Source: Antedon mediterranea (lineage: Eukaryota > Animalia > Echinodermata). Taken from it: a stretch of DNA of 64,000 nt. This document shows, piece by piece, positions 1 through 12,394 of this stretch (its first letter is position 1; each line of letters begins with the position of its first letter). The stretch is taken from positions 3,990,101 through 4,054,100 of the forward strand of contig NC_092677.1 in the NCBI RefSeq assembly GCF_964355755.1, given 5' to 3'. The position numbers were made by a program, and so were the translations under genes. The notes below the pieces were generated by a model. It was not told the DNA's origin, searched no databases, and saw only the letters and a list, made by a program, of their open reading frames with translations.

Positions 1-214
1 TTGGAAATATTCTGCTATAAAAACCAGGGAAACTTTTTTCAGCAGTTAGGTAGTTTAATCTAATGTAATAACATGTCTGCTGACTCCCTAGAAGGGAGGC
101 ATCCGGTCTTTAAGTTCGTCCTTTGTCGGATGTTAACTGTGACCAAGACGTTTACTGACATTTTCTCAAAAATATTGATGACAGCTTTTGTATTGCGGTC
201 AAAAGTTGGAATTA

Positions 215-3200
215 TTATTCAGAAACTGAAAACACACGCCTACCATCTAACTAGTATGAAAATCAACATAAAAGTAAACTTTAGAAAGCTTTAACTTGTA
301 ATGTTCTACAATCTCTATTTAAATGCTTCCGTTTGGATATAACTTGCCTGTAACGAGAAAGTACAGTTTGCATGAATTCACATTTCCGGATGCGTCTTCT
401 GCCGTAAACTCCACTTCATAAGGAGGGTAGAATTTTGGCGCGAACACATCGCCAGACTTGTGTGATGACTTCACTATCAGACGACCTCCACTGTTGTCAA
501 AAACTGTAGGATCTTCCCACTTGACGGAACTCGTGTTGGCATCTGAATCAGTAGCAGCTCTAACAATGCCAAAGTACGTATCGTAGTAATTTGTAATGTT
601 CGTTGGGCATTCTATAATCGGAGGTTCGATGTCTAGAATAAAATAAACAACATACTATACGATTGGAATGCAGGAGAAAAGGAGATTCGAAGAAGCACGT
701 GGTATATGCATTACGTGAGATGAAAGGGGCTCGTGTCAATGGAGTAGATTGTGCATCAGTATTAAGCCGACTTGAATTAAAGCCTACATTTGTCTTTTAT
801 TAACTTACCTATGACTGTGAAATAAATGTAGCAAGATTTGTTATTGCCGAACAGATCAGTTGCAGTCATGTGTACAGTATACGGTGGAAACTGTCGCATC
901 GGAAACGTATCACCTGATGTATAGGGGAAGCTTTCCGACGTGACCAGATCTTGACTGTTGTCATCAACGTCTGGAGGATACCACGTGACTGTTGCGTATG
1001 GATGACCATAATCAGTGACTAGGCGATGAAAACTAAATATATGGTCGTAATAATTGGAGAAATTACTCGGACAGATAATTGATGGACGTTCATTGTCTGA
1101 AATAACAATTTTTAAAAGAAATTTAAATTTTGCTGTGTATTTAGGAATTTAAACAAAGATTTTGATCTCAGTATGTGCGAAAACTCACCTATAACTGTAA
1201 TAGTAAGCAGACAGGTACCATTGTTGCCAGATGTGTCTATCACGGTATATTCAACTTCAGTTACACCGATAGGAAAAAAGCCATGTTGAGCAAGGGTGAT
1301 ATTTTCGTCATTTAATGTAGTGTTCGTAGGTTCAACTTTAGAGTCGTTAGACATGCAGTAGCTGACAGCAAAATTATCGTTCAGTGTGATGTTCCAGGAG
1401 AATAACGCAAACCTCGAACCGTCGTCTGTGTAGCGTTCCAAGTCAGGTAGACATTCAACTGATGGACTTTCCCAATCTGTTTTAAACCAAGAGAAAGATT
1501 GACAAATTATTTTCCCTAAAGCTCTGTCTACACTATCAAACTAGTTTGACAAACAAGTGTAATTTGCCTAATGGTAGTGATCTGTTCAATTATGGTAGTG
1601 ATGCGACATCGTCATGTGTTCATATATGGGAACATCATAAATTATTTTTGTCACATAAAGTTTGATAGTGTAGACAGGGCCTTAAGAGTAGTTTTGAATC
1701 TAACATGACTGTATTTTAAGGGAAATGAAAGATTGTTAATCGAGGTAGGACTTGATACGCTCTTATCAATTATGAGAAAATCAATGATTCCTCTAAAAAG
1801 CTTTTTCAGCACTTGAGTTTTTTTAAGTAAGCTCTGATTTACAAAATAGGTTACCGCCATCATGTCGTACGTACTTCTCGGTTTTCTATCTAATTTTTGT
1901 CTAGTGTCATGTAATTTACTATATGTGACACCTGTATCAACCTAACCCTTAACGTGATACAGGCACCTTGATATTGTATTGTGAATTTAGCCTTTGAAAC
2001 TGGAGTATATTGTCATAACGAAAAATTGACTTGCCTTCGACTGTAATATAAAACGAACAATTTCCGACGTTGTTATCTCTGTCAATCGCAGTGTACGTTA
2101 TTTCATAGGCAGAACTTTCTGCCGAAAGTGCATCACCAGAGTTGTAATTTGAACTGATGGAGACGACAGTACCACTGTTGTCTGTGACGTTTGGTTGTGG
2201 CCAATACAATCGAGCACTTATGGAGGACACGTCAGTAAAAACTGACCAAGAAGACTCTGAAGTTCTTTTAACCATGTTGTTTGATTGCGATGGACAATGT
2301 AAAACTGGCCTTTCAATGTCTACAATGGTCAAAAAAAATATAATTAATTTTAATGTGGCGGATATGGGCAGTCATTGCGGCCAAATTTAAAAAAAAAACA
2401 ACAATTCATCACCTGTAAATGCAAACACAAACATCTCCCGTGAGCAATAATCTACTACTTCACAAGGTATGTAAAAGATAAGGAGTGTTAATATTTGGGA
2501 AATGTAATATTTTATTATTTCTGTATTTTTGGTAATCATAACTATAGATTAAATCCTACCAACAACTGCAAAGTGTAGAACACATTCCTCAAAGTTTCCT
2601 GATTGGTCCGTTGCCCGTATTGTAGTCGTGTAAGGTGGAAACAGTCGCATTGGATAAACATCGCCTGATTTAAGTGGATAACTTGTGATATTGGGTGGAA
2701 TTCCGCTATTATCTCTGGCAACCAAAGGAACCCACGTGATAGTGCCGTTAGGACTTCCTTCGTCAGTATGAGCGTGGATGTATCCGTAGTAAGTTCTATA
2801 GTAATTTGAAGTTACCTCGGGACACTGCAGTTCGGGTGGCTCATCATCTGTTGAAAGGAGAATTCTTTGTATTTTTCTAAATTATTATATAGTTATAACT
2901 CCCCTTTACCACTTGCTCTTAAATGGCGAGGCGAGTATGTAGTGATCATTGAGGTATATGTACTGACATCGGAAACTCCCAAATGGCAAGTCGAGTATGT
3001 AGGCCTACTGATGTCACAATAAAGTAATAAGTACACGGTATGTACGTAAGGTAATCCGGAGTTTTCACCACTTATTTTTTTACCAACTAGTCTGAACCAT
3101 TTACCAGCCTAAATCTACTCTTCATGAGGCGAACAAGATCACAATCAGTTAAGAAGCCAGTTAAAAAGTCAACCAATGATACAAAAGGTAATATTTTAGA

Positions 3201-6200
3201 ACCAAAATCTCCTACATATCTAGCCACTATGGCAAGTACAGCACAGCATACGGACACAATACCACCACCTGAATATGCATCTAGCTCTGGTACGCAAAAC
3301 GTTAACCGGGTCGTGAATGAAACAACCGATAGTATGCCTACAATTGATATGAACTCATTGTATCAACTTGTGAGCAAAATGGGAGCTGATATGCGACACC
3401 AATTTGAAGGCTTATCCCAACAATTTACTGATCTAAGAAAAGAAATTAAAAGCATAAAAAGTGAAGTCAAGGATATGGATGTTCAAATAAAAAACCTTCG
3501 ATCAGATATTCATGACGTCAACAATTGCGTCATTCCGCAACTTGCCGAAGAAATGCGAAGCAAGATTAGCTTACTGGACCAATCACGATTGGAGATAGAA
3601 TTATATAGCAATAACAGAAGAGAACAAGAAATGCTATGTATCCGGGGACTTTAATTTTGATTTACTTTGTGTTAATATGAATAAAACAATTAATGACTTT
3701 TTAAATATGTTCTACATGAACAATATGTTTCCCCTTATTGATAGACCAACACGAATAACGCATAGATCAGCCACTCTTCTTGACAATATCTTTACTAATG
3801 TAATCACACATCCTATCCAATCTGGTGTGTTTATATGGGATGTTACAGACCATTACCCTGTTTTTCAAATCACAAATTCCCTGAAAGTTAAACACAAAAG
3901 TAATATTGGATACACACGATCACGGTCATTTAAACAACAAAATATATATCGCTTCATAGACACGATACAAACAACTGAATGGAACAATGTACTTCAAGAA
4001 CAATCGCCTGAAATAGCATATAATATATTTTCAGACAAGATTACAAACACATACAATACATGTTTTCCTATACAATCTAAGCACAAAAAATCAAAATATA
4101 ATCGCATTCCTCGAAATCCATGGATTACTAAAACCATTATAAAATCTATAAATCGTAAAAATAAGCTCTATAAAAAGTATATTTTTCATCGCCAACCACC
4201 ACAAATAAAAATAAATTTACTCGCTATCGTAATATACTTACCTCAATACTCAGAAACGCAAAGAAAAAATACTACACAGAAGAACTAAATAAAACCCAAA
4301 ACAATCTAAAGAAAACTTGGAATATTCTTAATGGACTTCTAGGTCGAAAACAAATTTACCACTTACAGGATAATATGAAAATAAATGAGACGGAAGTTAA
4401 TGACCATAACGTAATCGCTAACAGCTTTAATAATTATTTTTGTAATGTTGGTCCTGAACTTGCCTCAAAAATTCAATCAACCCAAAACGATGAATTTAGG
4501 AATCATCTGAAGAATTATCATCACCAATTAATTCCTTGTTTTTTCTACCAACCGATGTTAATGAAATAATTAGCACATGTAACTTACTTAATTCAAACTC
4601 AAGTCCGGGATATGACGATTTAAAAATGAGTATCATTAAGTGTGTTATCCACTCCTTGGCGATTCCTCTAACACATACCTTCAATATGTCTATCCTTTCT
4701 GGTATTTTTCCAACTAAACTTAAAATACCAAAGGTAGTACCAATTCACAAAGCAGGTTCTTATAATAAAATTCAAAATTACCGTCCAATATCTGTATTGC
4801 CAGCGTTTTCAAAAATTTTCGAACGAATTATCCATAATCGCCTATATAAATTTATAAATAATAATACTTTACTTTATGACCGGCAATACGGGTTTCGTAG
4901 TAAATATTCATCTTACATGGCAGTACTAGAAGCGTATAATGATATAGTTACAAGACTTGATAAAAATCATCATGTTATGGGTATATTTTTGGACCTCGCA
5001 AAGGCATTTGATACCATAGACCATCAAATCCTTCTCAAAAAACTTTATCATTACGGTGTTAGAGGAGTCGCCTATGAGTGGTTCAAGAGTTATTTAACCA
5101 ACAGATCCCAATTCACCGTGTATAACAATCATAAATCAACAACTAATATAATTCGATGCGGGGTTCCACAAGGGTCCATTTTGGGCCCATTATTATTTAT
5201 AATTTATTTAAACGATATTGTTTCTATTTCCGATAATTTCTCATTTTATTTATACGCAGATGACACCAACATAGTAGTTTCTGATAAAAATATTAAACAA
5301 CTCATTACGACAGTAAATCAAGAACTAAATAAAGTTTCCTCCTGGCTTAAATCTAATAAATTATAACTTAATATACTTAAAACAAATTACATTATGTTTA
5401 AAAATAAGCATAGTAGACGACAATATCACAATATTCAAATTATGATTGACAATACTACTATTTCACAGGTCTCTGATACTAAATTTTTAGGCGTAATTAT
5501 AGATGAAACACTAACATGGTTTAATCACACAGAATATATATCCAACATTATTTCTAAATATACTGACATTTTATTTAGACTAAAACATGCTCTCGCACCG
5601 AATATTTTATTTTCTTTATATCGCACATTAGTTCTCCCATACTTATATTATTGTAATCTTATTTGGGCAGATGCAAACAACTGCAATTTGAAAACCATTC
5701 ATTTAAAACAAAAGAAAATAATTAGACTCTGTACAAACTCATCCTGGCTGGCCCATACTGCACCCTTATTTTTAAAATTAAAAACTTTAACAATCTATGA
5801 TATTCATAAATTACAAAAAGCAATTTTTATGTTTAATTTTGTTAATAATAATCTACCAAGTAATTTTAATACTTTTTGGGCTAGGGTAAAAGAAACACAT
5901 TGTCATAATACAAGAACATTAAATGATTTGCGTCCTCATAATTTCAGAACAGACCTGGGAATGAATACCATTAAACGGCAAGGACCTATATTGTGGAATG
6001 ATATAAGCAATTTTATTAAGAACCAATGTACCTTAAGTTTATTTAAGAAGAAATTTATTCACAGTTTATTATCAACGTATCAGTAATATTATGTTATATT
6101 ATTTAATTAGTAGAGTAACATTATTTAAGTTTACTTAAACAATATATATATATATATATACATATATATGTGTGTGTATGTAAATCTATTACATTTTTTA

Positions 6201-9200
6201 TCTAAAAGATGATATTCAGATTTTATTACCATGTACTAGTAAAAATAAAAATAACTATATGTAAAATTCATGTTAACCTTCTTCAGAAGTAAGTTAAAAA
6301 TTATCATTTTATGATCAAAAAGAAATATACTATCTAATTTTCTCCTTTATATAAATATATTATTTTATCCAAGGGGTTGCAAACACAAGTGTTCACATGT
6401 CTTGTTATGTATTGCACCTTTGTCTTGTCTTTATGTTGTCTGTAATGTCACTGCACTAACGGGTGACCGGCTAACGAGCTTCGCTCTTACGGTTATCCAT
6501 CCATATGAGTTGTTTATCTTATGTTCATAAATTGAAATGGAAAATAAACTGAAACTGAAACTGAAACTGAAACTATAATTATCAGTACATATTTGCATCA
6601 AATTTATTTTCTTCTACTTGAACGGTTATTCATCTTACTGTAAAATATAAGTAATCTCGGATAATTTAATAAAAAAAAAATCCTACCGATAATAGTTATA
6701 TTGAAGATGCATTCAGCCTCGTTTCCAGAATAGTCTTCTACCCAATACCTCACAGTATATACGGTTTGCTCTCCATCGATCAATTCAAAGCGTTGACTTG
6801 GAACACTATATGTCTTTTCTTCTGTCTTGATGCCAACATTATCATGTGCTATTGGTTCCGTCCAGCTAACTTCCTGGTACCTGGAATAAGTTTTAACAAT
6901 CCGGTTGCGTGGACAATTCCTTAATGTTGGGTTCTGCAAGTCTGTTAATGCTATCAATAAAAAAAAAACAACAGTAAAATAATATTTATTATTATTATTT
7001 CATACGCATCCAACAGACTAACTCGCCAATTACAGGATGGATGGAACTAGTTTATTATTATTTATTATTTTTTGTGAGTTACAACCACCAAGCTTTAGTT
7101 CCACTACTATTATTCATGTAATATTTCTACTTTACTGGAAATAAACATGTCGGTTAAAATATCCCGATACGTATAGATGGGTAGTAGCAGGTAATATCAC
7201 CACTAACGTACAGACTAAAATGATAACAATGCATGGTAGGCCTATAATAGAAGAGATCCAATAAACTTCTTAAATTTAAGACGGAAGTAAACGAATGATG
7301 TTGTTTTGGTATTTGGTTTTAACTTTAAAAACATTTTACTTTTGTTACAATTTACAAAAGCCAAAACTAAGTATTTATTGAAATTTATAAAAGTACTTCC
7401 ATGTTCTGAAGTATAATTATACTATGCAAAGCTTGCAGAGAATATTTAGTTTAAAGGTCATATTTTAAGGTTGGTTAAAACAAATTCCATAGAGCTCTTA
7501 CAATAACGTAATGACCAATTGGTACTTTATTTTGTGACGGAAGGCCAAGACCTTTCTGAGCTTTCTATGTGAACAAATCCGTCTCTGAAACTTACTCTTT
7601 TCACATACAAATCCCTTATAAGAATAACAATATTGACTGTTCCAGTTACCAGTAGTATAACTACTGTACCCCTCGTACCTCATAATAATACAATTTCCAG
7701 GACTGCTATCTATAAACAACATTAAAAATAGTAAATCAAAATTTCGTTGTAACACATTATAATAACACAGACTATCGAAACATCATCAGAAATAGAAAAT
7801 ATGAATATCAGTAGGCCTATCATGCACTATCTTGGATAGATGAAGTCTTCGGCCGAGGAAAGGTATTCGAGCCGACTGGGGCACCAAAGGATCTTGTAAA
7901 AACGTAATAAGCACAAATAACTAATAATAATTCGAGTAGTAGGCTTACATCTGTCTAGTTTAGTCCATTTATATTCATTGTCCGTTAAGCGGATCCATGA
8001 GTCTTGACTTATACGATTTTTAATAAAGTTATTCTCTGCATCACTTTCTATAGCGGCCAAATCTGCTTCGTAATTATTGCAATAATTCCTGGCAATCTGC
8101 CATCCCCTTGTGCTTGTTAGAAATCGATAACAGTTTCCTTGAAAGTAACTCCATGACCAAGCACAGCTGCCTAGATGGCGTGTGAACAAATAAAATCAAT
8201 AAATGAATCACATAATTAAACATAAGGAACCAGTTATGTCAACAAATAAAAAGATTGATTTTTTCCAAAATATTTGACCAAATTCGGTGTTTTTAAAATT
8301 CAATAAATATTATGAGTTACAGTTGCTATTGTAGCCTATATAAAAAAAATAAACAAGGCCATATACATGGCTGCAGTCGCTTGCTCAAATTTGAGTTAGT
8401 GTTTACCGACCAACTAACTGACCGACCAACCGACCGACATAGTGAGCTAAAAAAACTATACCGGTACCAAAAACATTCAAAATTAAGGACTTTAAAAAAT
8501 TCAATAATTAGGATTCGTAATTTATTCTTTTCAAAATCACATTTCAATCATCTACTCTCATTATATTATCTATATATAAATTTACGTAAGGGCAAAATTC
8601 GGTAAATCGCGCGTTATTTCTAGAATGTTTACTCGATGGTATATAAAGTTGGTTCGTACTTTCGGTACTGATTTTAACCGCCTGATGTAACCCTGTTTAC
8701 TAATTAAATTGAGTTCGATAATTAGTTATTGACGATTAAAACGAATTTAGGTTCAACGATTTGCCCCAAATAGGGGTGTTTTTCGATCGTGGTATACACT
8801 GTCTAATGGATGTCCGTATTGAAAAATACCCGCAGACGATAATACGAGGATGCTTCGCATTTTCCTATCTCCTCCTACGATAATTGTTTTTAATGGCTGA
8901 AAACCGGTTGAACAGCTCGAGTACAGCATCATAATGTTGAAGACAGGCCGATTTTCTTTAAAAAATACTATTTTGATAGATTTAATATACGTTTATACAA
9001 ATGTATTGATTTGCGATGAATGGAACATTCCAATCTCTGTTCCACAATTGTCTATTCCCTCAGGCGTCGTAAAGGCAAGTACTGTATACTCATAACAGAA
9101 ATTCGATCCATTTTTTTTTTCAATCTGTGCTGCAGAGGTTGGATATAATTTTTTTTTAAACGGATAAAGAGCTAGCGTTTTAACTCGCCGAATATTATGT

Positions 9201-10316
9201 ATAAATCTTTATTATTGCAGTTAAACCACCCACATCATCACCCTTCCCTCACTGGCATGAGTAGCGTTGTAAAACCAGTAGAGGATAGGCCTACGGTACA
9301 TCACATGCCCTAAACGCAGAACAACTTTGGTGGGTAGGGGGTGGGTAGGGTAGGAACCAACTGAAGTATGAAACAATTGAAAACCATTGGGCCTACTGAT
9401 TAAGTTGAGTTAGATAATTTAATATTTATCGACGATTAAATCGAATTTATGATTTTCCCCGAATAGAGGTGGTTTTCACAAATTGTTTTACATTATATAA
9501 ACATATACACGTCGTAGTGATGTATCGTTACATGTACTATACTATTTCAATCGACTAGGACGGTGATAGTTTCAACAAAGTATTACATCGCAATGTTTTA
9601 CTGTGTTTAGTGGTATATTATTTGTAAAACATGAAAACAATTAATATTTCGTTACTACATGGATAAAGAATATATTTAAAAATTGTTCCTCTTTGCACCC
9701 ATCCTCTTTCCCATCCCTCAACCCTAATGTTACATACAAAACACAAATTAAGTTTGTTTAAATTTGTCTCAGTTTCTCTTTCGGAAGTAATTCCCAGGGT
9801 GCTAATTTTAGTTCAGTACATAAATCACAGTGTCTATTTATTTGTTCCTGTAAACGACATGTATTATTGTCCTGCGGTACGTACATTTGAAACCATCTAG
9901 TTATCAAAATTCTTCATAAAGTTTATTTATTTTTGGTATATTTGAGAAAATCAAAATTTTGAAATAGCGCCTAATGTGTTTTACCAATTACTTTCAATTG
10001 CGATTTGTTAAGCAAAACACGAAACATAATTGGTTAGATGTACAAGTCAAATTGTACTGAACAATATATTTATTGAATATAAAATCTTTTTTAATTAACA
10101 ATACTTCTAACATTAATATATTTATATTTATAGCTGTTTATCTTTGTTGACTTCGTATTATTCAGTTTTACTGTGAAGATTATTTGTAATAAACATACTA
10201 TTATGAATGAATTAAAAAATGTTTTTATCTGCAATAATTATTAATATTTTATCCTTACCTGTCGACACAGTAACAGTAACAGCAGTAATGAATAGGACAA
10301 AAAACAAGTTGTTCAT
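215..10316 (-). CDS. Secreted C-type lectin + six HYR (hyalin-repeat) domain protein, ~700 aa, multi-exon
   Basis: Frame-consistent exons (minus strand): 10259-10316 (ATG, signal peptide MNNLFFVLFITAVTVTVST), 7949-8170 and 7596-7709 (CTL domain: CAWSWSYFQGNCYRF...LAAIESDAENNFI...WIRL...C...GNWNSQYC...FVCEK), HYR exons 6687-6941, 2560-2847, 2035-2319, 1189-1476, 809-1096, 348-632 (each D..P...CP...W..P...DN...Y.A.D..GN...C.F...V), all phase 1-1. Likely short terminal exon 215-246 (or 215-225) ending in TAA; this last exon is uncertain and the gene could continue beyond the window. Confidence 0.85.
1519..1682. mobile_element. MITE, family A (TIR AGCTCTGTCTACACTATCAAA), TA/TWA flanks, PIF/Harbinger-like
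   Basis: aagctctgtctacactatcaaa ... tttgatagtgtagacagggcct inverted termini; related copies at 60545-60681 and 61825-61941. Confidence 0.75.
2895..6574 (+). mobile_element. Degenerate non-LTR retrotransposon (L2/Crack/Daphne-like, CR1 group) inserted antisense in an intron of the lectin-HYR gene
   Basis: ORF1-like coiled-coil protein 3124-3654; APE endonuclease C-terminal motifs (SGDFN, PTR...TLLDNIF, TDHYP); RT motifs (NYRPIS, QYGFR, FLDLAKAFD, GVPQGSILGP, YADDT) across 3677-6086 broken by two frameshifts (~4190, ~4510) and an in-frame TAA at 5364-5366; 3' UTR ending AATAAA + (AAACTG)n tail at ~6543-6574. 5' boundary approximate. Confidence 0.9.
3677..6086 (+). pseudogene. LINE ORF2 (partial endonuclease + reverse transcriptase), disrupted
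   Basis: ORF track pieces 3677-4288, 4375-4569, 4536-5366, 5394-6086 are consecutive parts of one ORF2. Confidence 0.88.
8352..8460 (-). mobile_element. Short remnant of a Helentron-type non-autonomous element (HINE/DINE-1-like)
   Basis: aaacaaggcc...hairpin...agtcgc...(GACC)n...gaccgacatagtga matches the ends of the element at 25097-25904. Confidence 0.55.
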
Positions 10317-10390
10317 TCTGTCGCTTCCAACTGCTAGTCGCAACAACTAATGATATAGGAAATAATAACAAGTTTATTGTACTATAACAT

Positions 10391-10432
10391 TGGAAATTCC
10401 ACTGTGCTGTGAATTCCTTGAAGTTTCCTGAT
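10391..10432. promoter_or_regulatory. Proximal promoter of lectin-HYR gene with kappaB-like (GGAAATTCC, GAATTCC) and ETS-like (TTTCCTG) motifs
   Basis: Located 75-115 bp upstream of the ATG at 10316; motif match only, function inferred. Confidence 0.35.
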
Positions 10433-10699
10433 TGTGCAAGATTGCCGATCTTGTGACGAAAAAGCATGTGAATAGCTTTAGTTTGTTATTTTGAGTAGGA
10501 AATTATTGAGTGTGTGAAATTTCTGTTTAAGTCATATCACGTGATTGCGGGGCGCCCTCGCAATCATCTTTTGAGATCCTCATACACTTATAGGCTGTGT
10601 GAACTCACACAATATACTTTGACTGGAATTTATCTAACACCTTATCTTACCCCCATTCTGTTCGATTTTTCGTACTTTACTGTAATTATGTTGTCTGGT

Positions 10700-10965
10700 T
10701 ATGCCCTAGCCCTAGGCTCAACTCATTCGTTTCCGGTTTGAGCGAAAGCCTCGCTTTCCATCACGGCTTGGGTTATTCGTCCGACTCCATACTTGGTTCA
10801 CATCGACCTTTGCCCGACTTCCGAATCAGTCATCACTATGATAATACTGTTCTTTGGGGGGTGCCCGGCCTAAAGATAAACGACCTAACTAATTTTGTAA
10901 ATCAAGTGGCAACATTCAAGCCAGATTTTTGATAATCGACCTCGGATCGAATGACCTATTTAAAA
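10700..10965 (+). pseudogene. SGNH/GDSL hydrolase ORF remnant of the Ngaro element
   Basis: Frameshifted translation gives LG-NSFVSGL ... LWGVPGLKINDL..FVNQVATFKPDF-IIDLGSNDL, i.e. SGNH blocks I, II and III; truncated by the MITE at 11002. Confidence 0.65.
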
Positions 10966-11001
10966 AGTAAGGTCTGCTTTCATGCACCGGAGCCTCTTAT
11001 G

Positions 11002-12114
11002 CAGTGGCGGATCTAGGATCTGACGAGGGGGGGTGGCCACGAAAGCGGGAAACGAGGTGCGTAGCACCGAGAGGGGGAGGGTTTGGGAGGGGGTGTCCCC
11101 ATCCCGAGGCTCCAAAAAATTTTGAAAAAATAGATGCTTACACACTGTTTAATAGGCTAGAGAAACTGTTTCCATCACACTTAATAACAAATATTACATA
11201 ATGTAAATTTAAATACATCCTTCCTAAATACTGTACGGATCTTTTTCGACGAACTAATAATAAACTTTGATCGAAAAACCTTCAAACAAAATGAACATTT
11301 TGTAATGCGGTACTCCGAAAATGCCTCGATAGAGTGCATGTGTTGTGTACCGTGTTTTGGTGGTCTGTTAACCTCAGAGATATATACCCTACAGCCGGGT
11401 GAATAACTCAATGTAATTTGGTATACAATGATTGCAGTAATCGCCGTGTCTATAACACAAATCAAAAAACGCCAAATACGCCACATACTTTTTTCGGCCG
11501 TCCCGTGTACATACAAGACATTTCATGTTTATTTTATGCCTATAAAATAATAAAAGAACATCATGTTTCTCGTTTATTTTTATCGTTTATACTGCATACC
11601 ATAATATTATACAAAAAACTTTCATGCGCGAGAAAAAAGTTCCCGATATTACACTCCACTCAGGGGTGTAAATATACCACGCTAACGCTTGTGCACACAC
11701 GGACCAGGGCGGCGGAAATTAACTGCAATGGAAAATGGTGTATTTTGGAGAGTGATGACGTCAGCATTCACACGAGGAGCGAGCTTGACAACGTGACGCT
11801 GGTAGTTTTAGGAGTGCGTGTGTTTTGAAAATGGGTATTTTCCGAAGATTGTAAATCGTGTTTTCTTTTTAAACTCTTGAATTCATAATAGTAATTGAAC
11901 TCTTAGCTCTTTCACTGTGTAGGCCTATTTACACACAACTATTAATGCTAACCCTAGCTCTAGTAGGGCCTAGCTAGGCCTACTCTTCTTAATTAAAAGA
12001 TTAATCCACGTCTAGCGACGGTCAATCGCGATTAGGTTGCATCTTTTTTTTTTTTTTTTGAGAATTAAGGGGGGTGGCTAGCCACCCTATTCACCCCCCC
12101 TAGATCCGCCACTG
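11002..12114. mobile_element. Non-autonomous TIR DNA transposon, 5-bp TSD (TTATG)
   Basis: Starts CAGTGGCGGATCTAGG, ends CCTAGATCCGCCACTG; TTATG at 10997-11001 and 12115-12119; G-rich/C-rich subterminal tracts; no transposase ORF. Confidence 0.88.
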
Positions 12115-12394
12115 TTATGCTAACTTATGCCATTAAATAACAACAATCTTATTATCTGTTTCTACTACTGCGTCACTGTGGACAATCCGGAACCGGATTT
12201 TAGAGGAAAATAAATACATAATTAAACAGAATAAACAAAATAAAATGCCAGGCAATACACTGTTGACACCATTTTTTATTTTCCCATTGTTTTACATCCA
12301 AAAGAAATAAATAATAACTTGGTTTTTTTTTCTTTCTTGATGCTACGCTAAACTGGCAAATATTTTGCACAAATCTGAATGGTTTAAAGTTAGT

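Noticed and set aside
11181-11828. ORFs inside the 1.1-kb TIR element as transposase
   Set aside because: No DDE or DNA-binding motifs visible.
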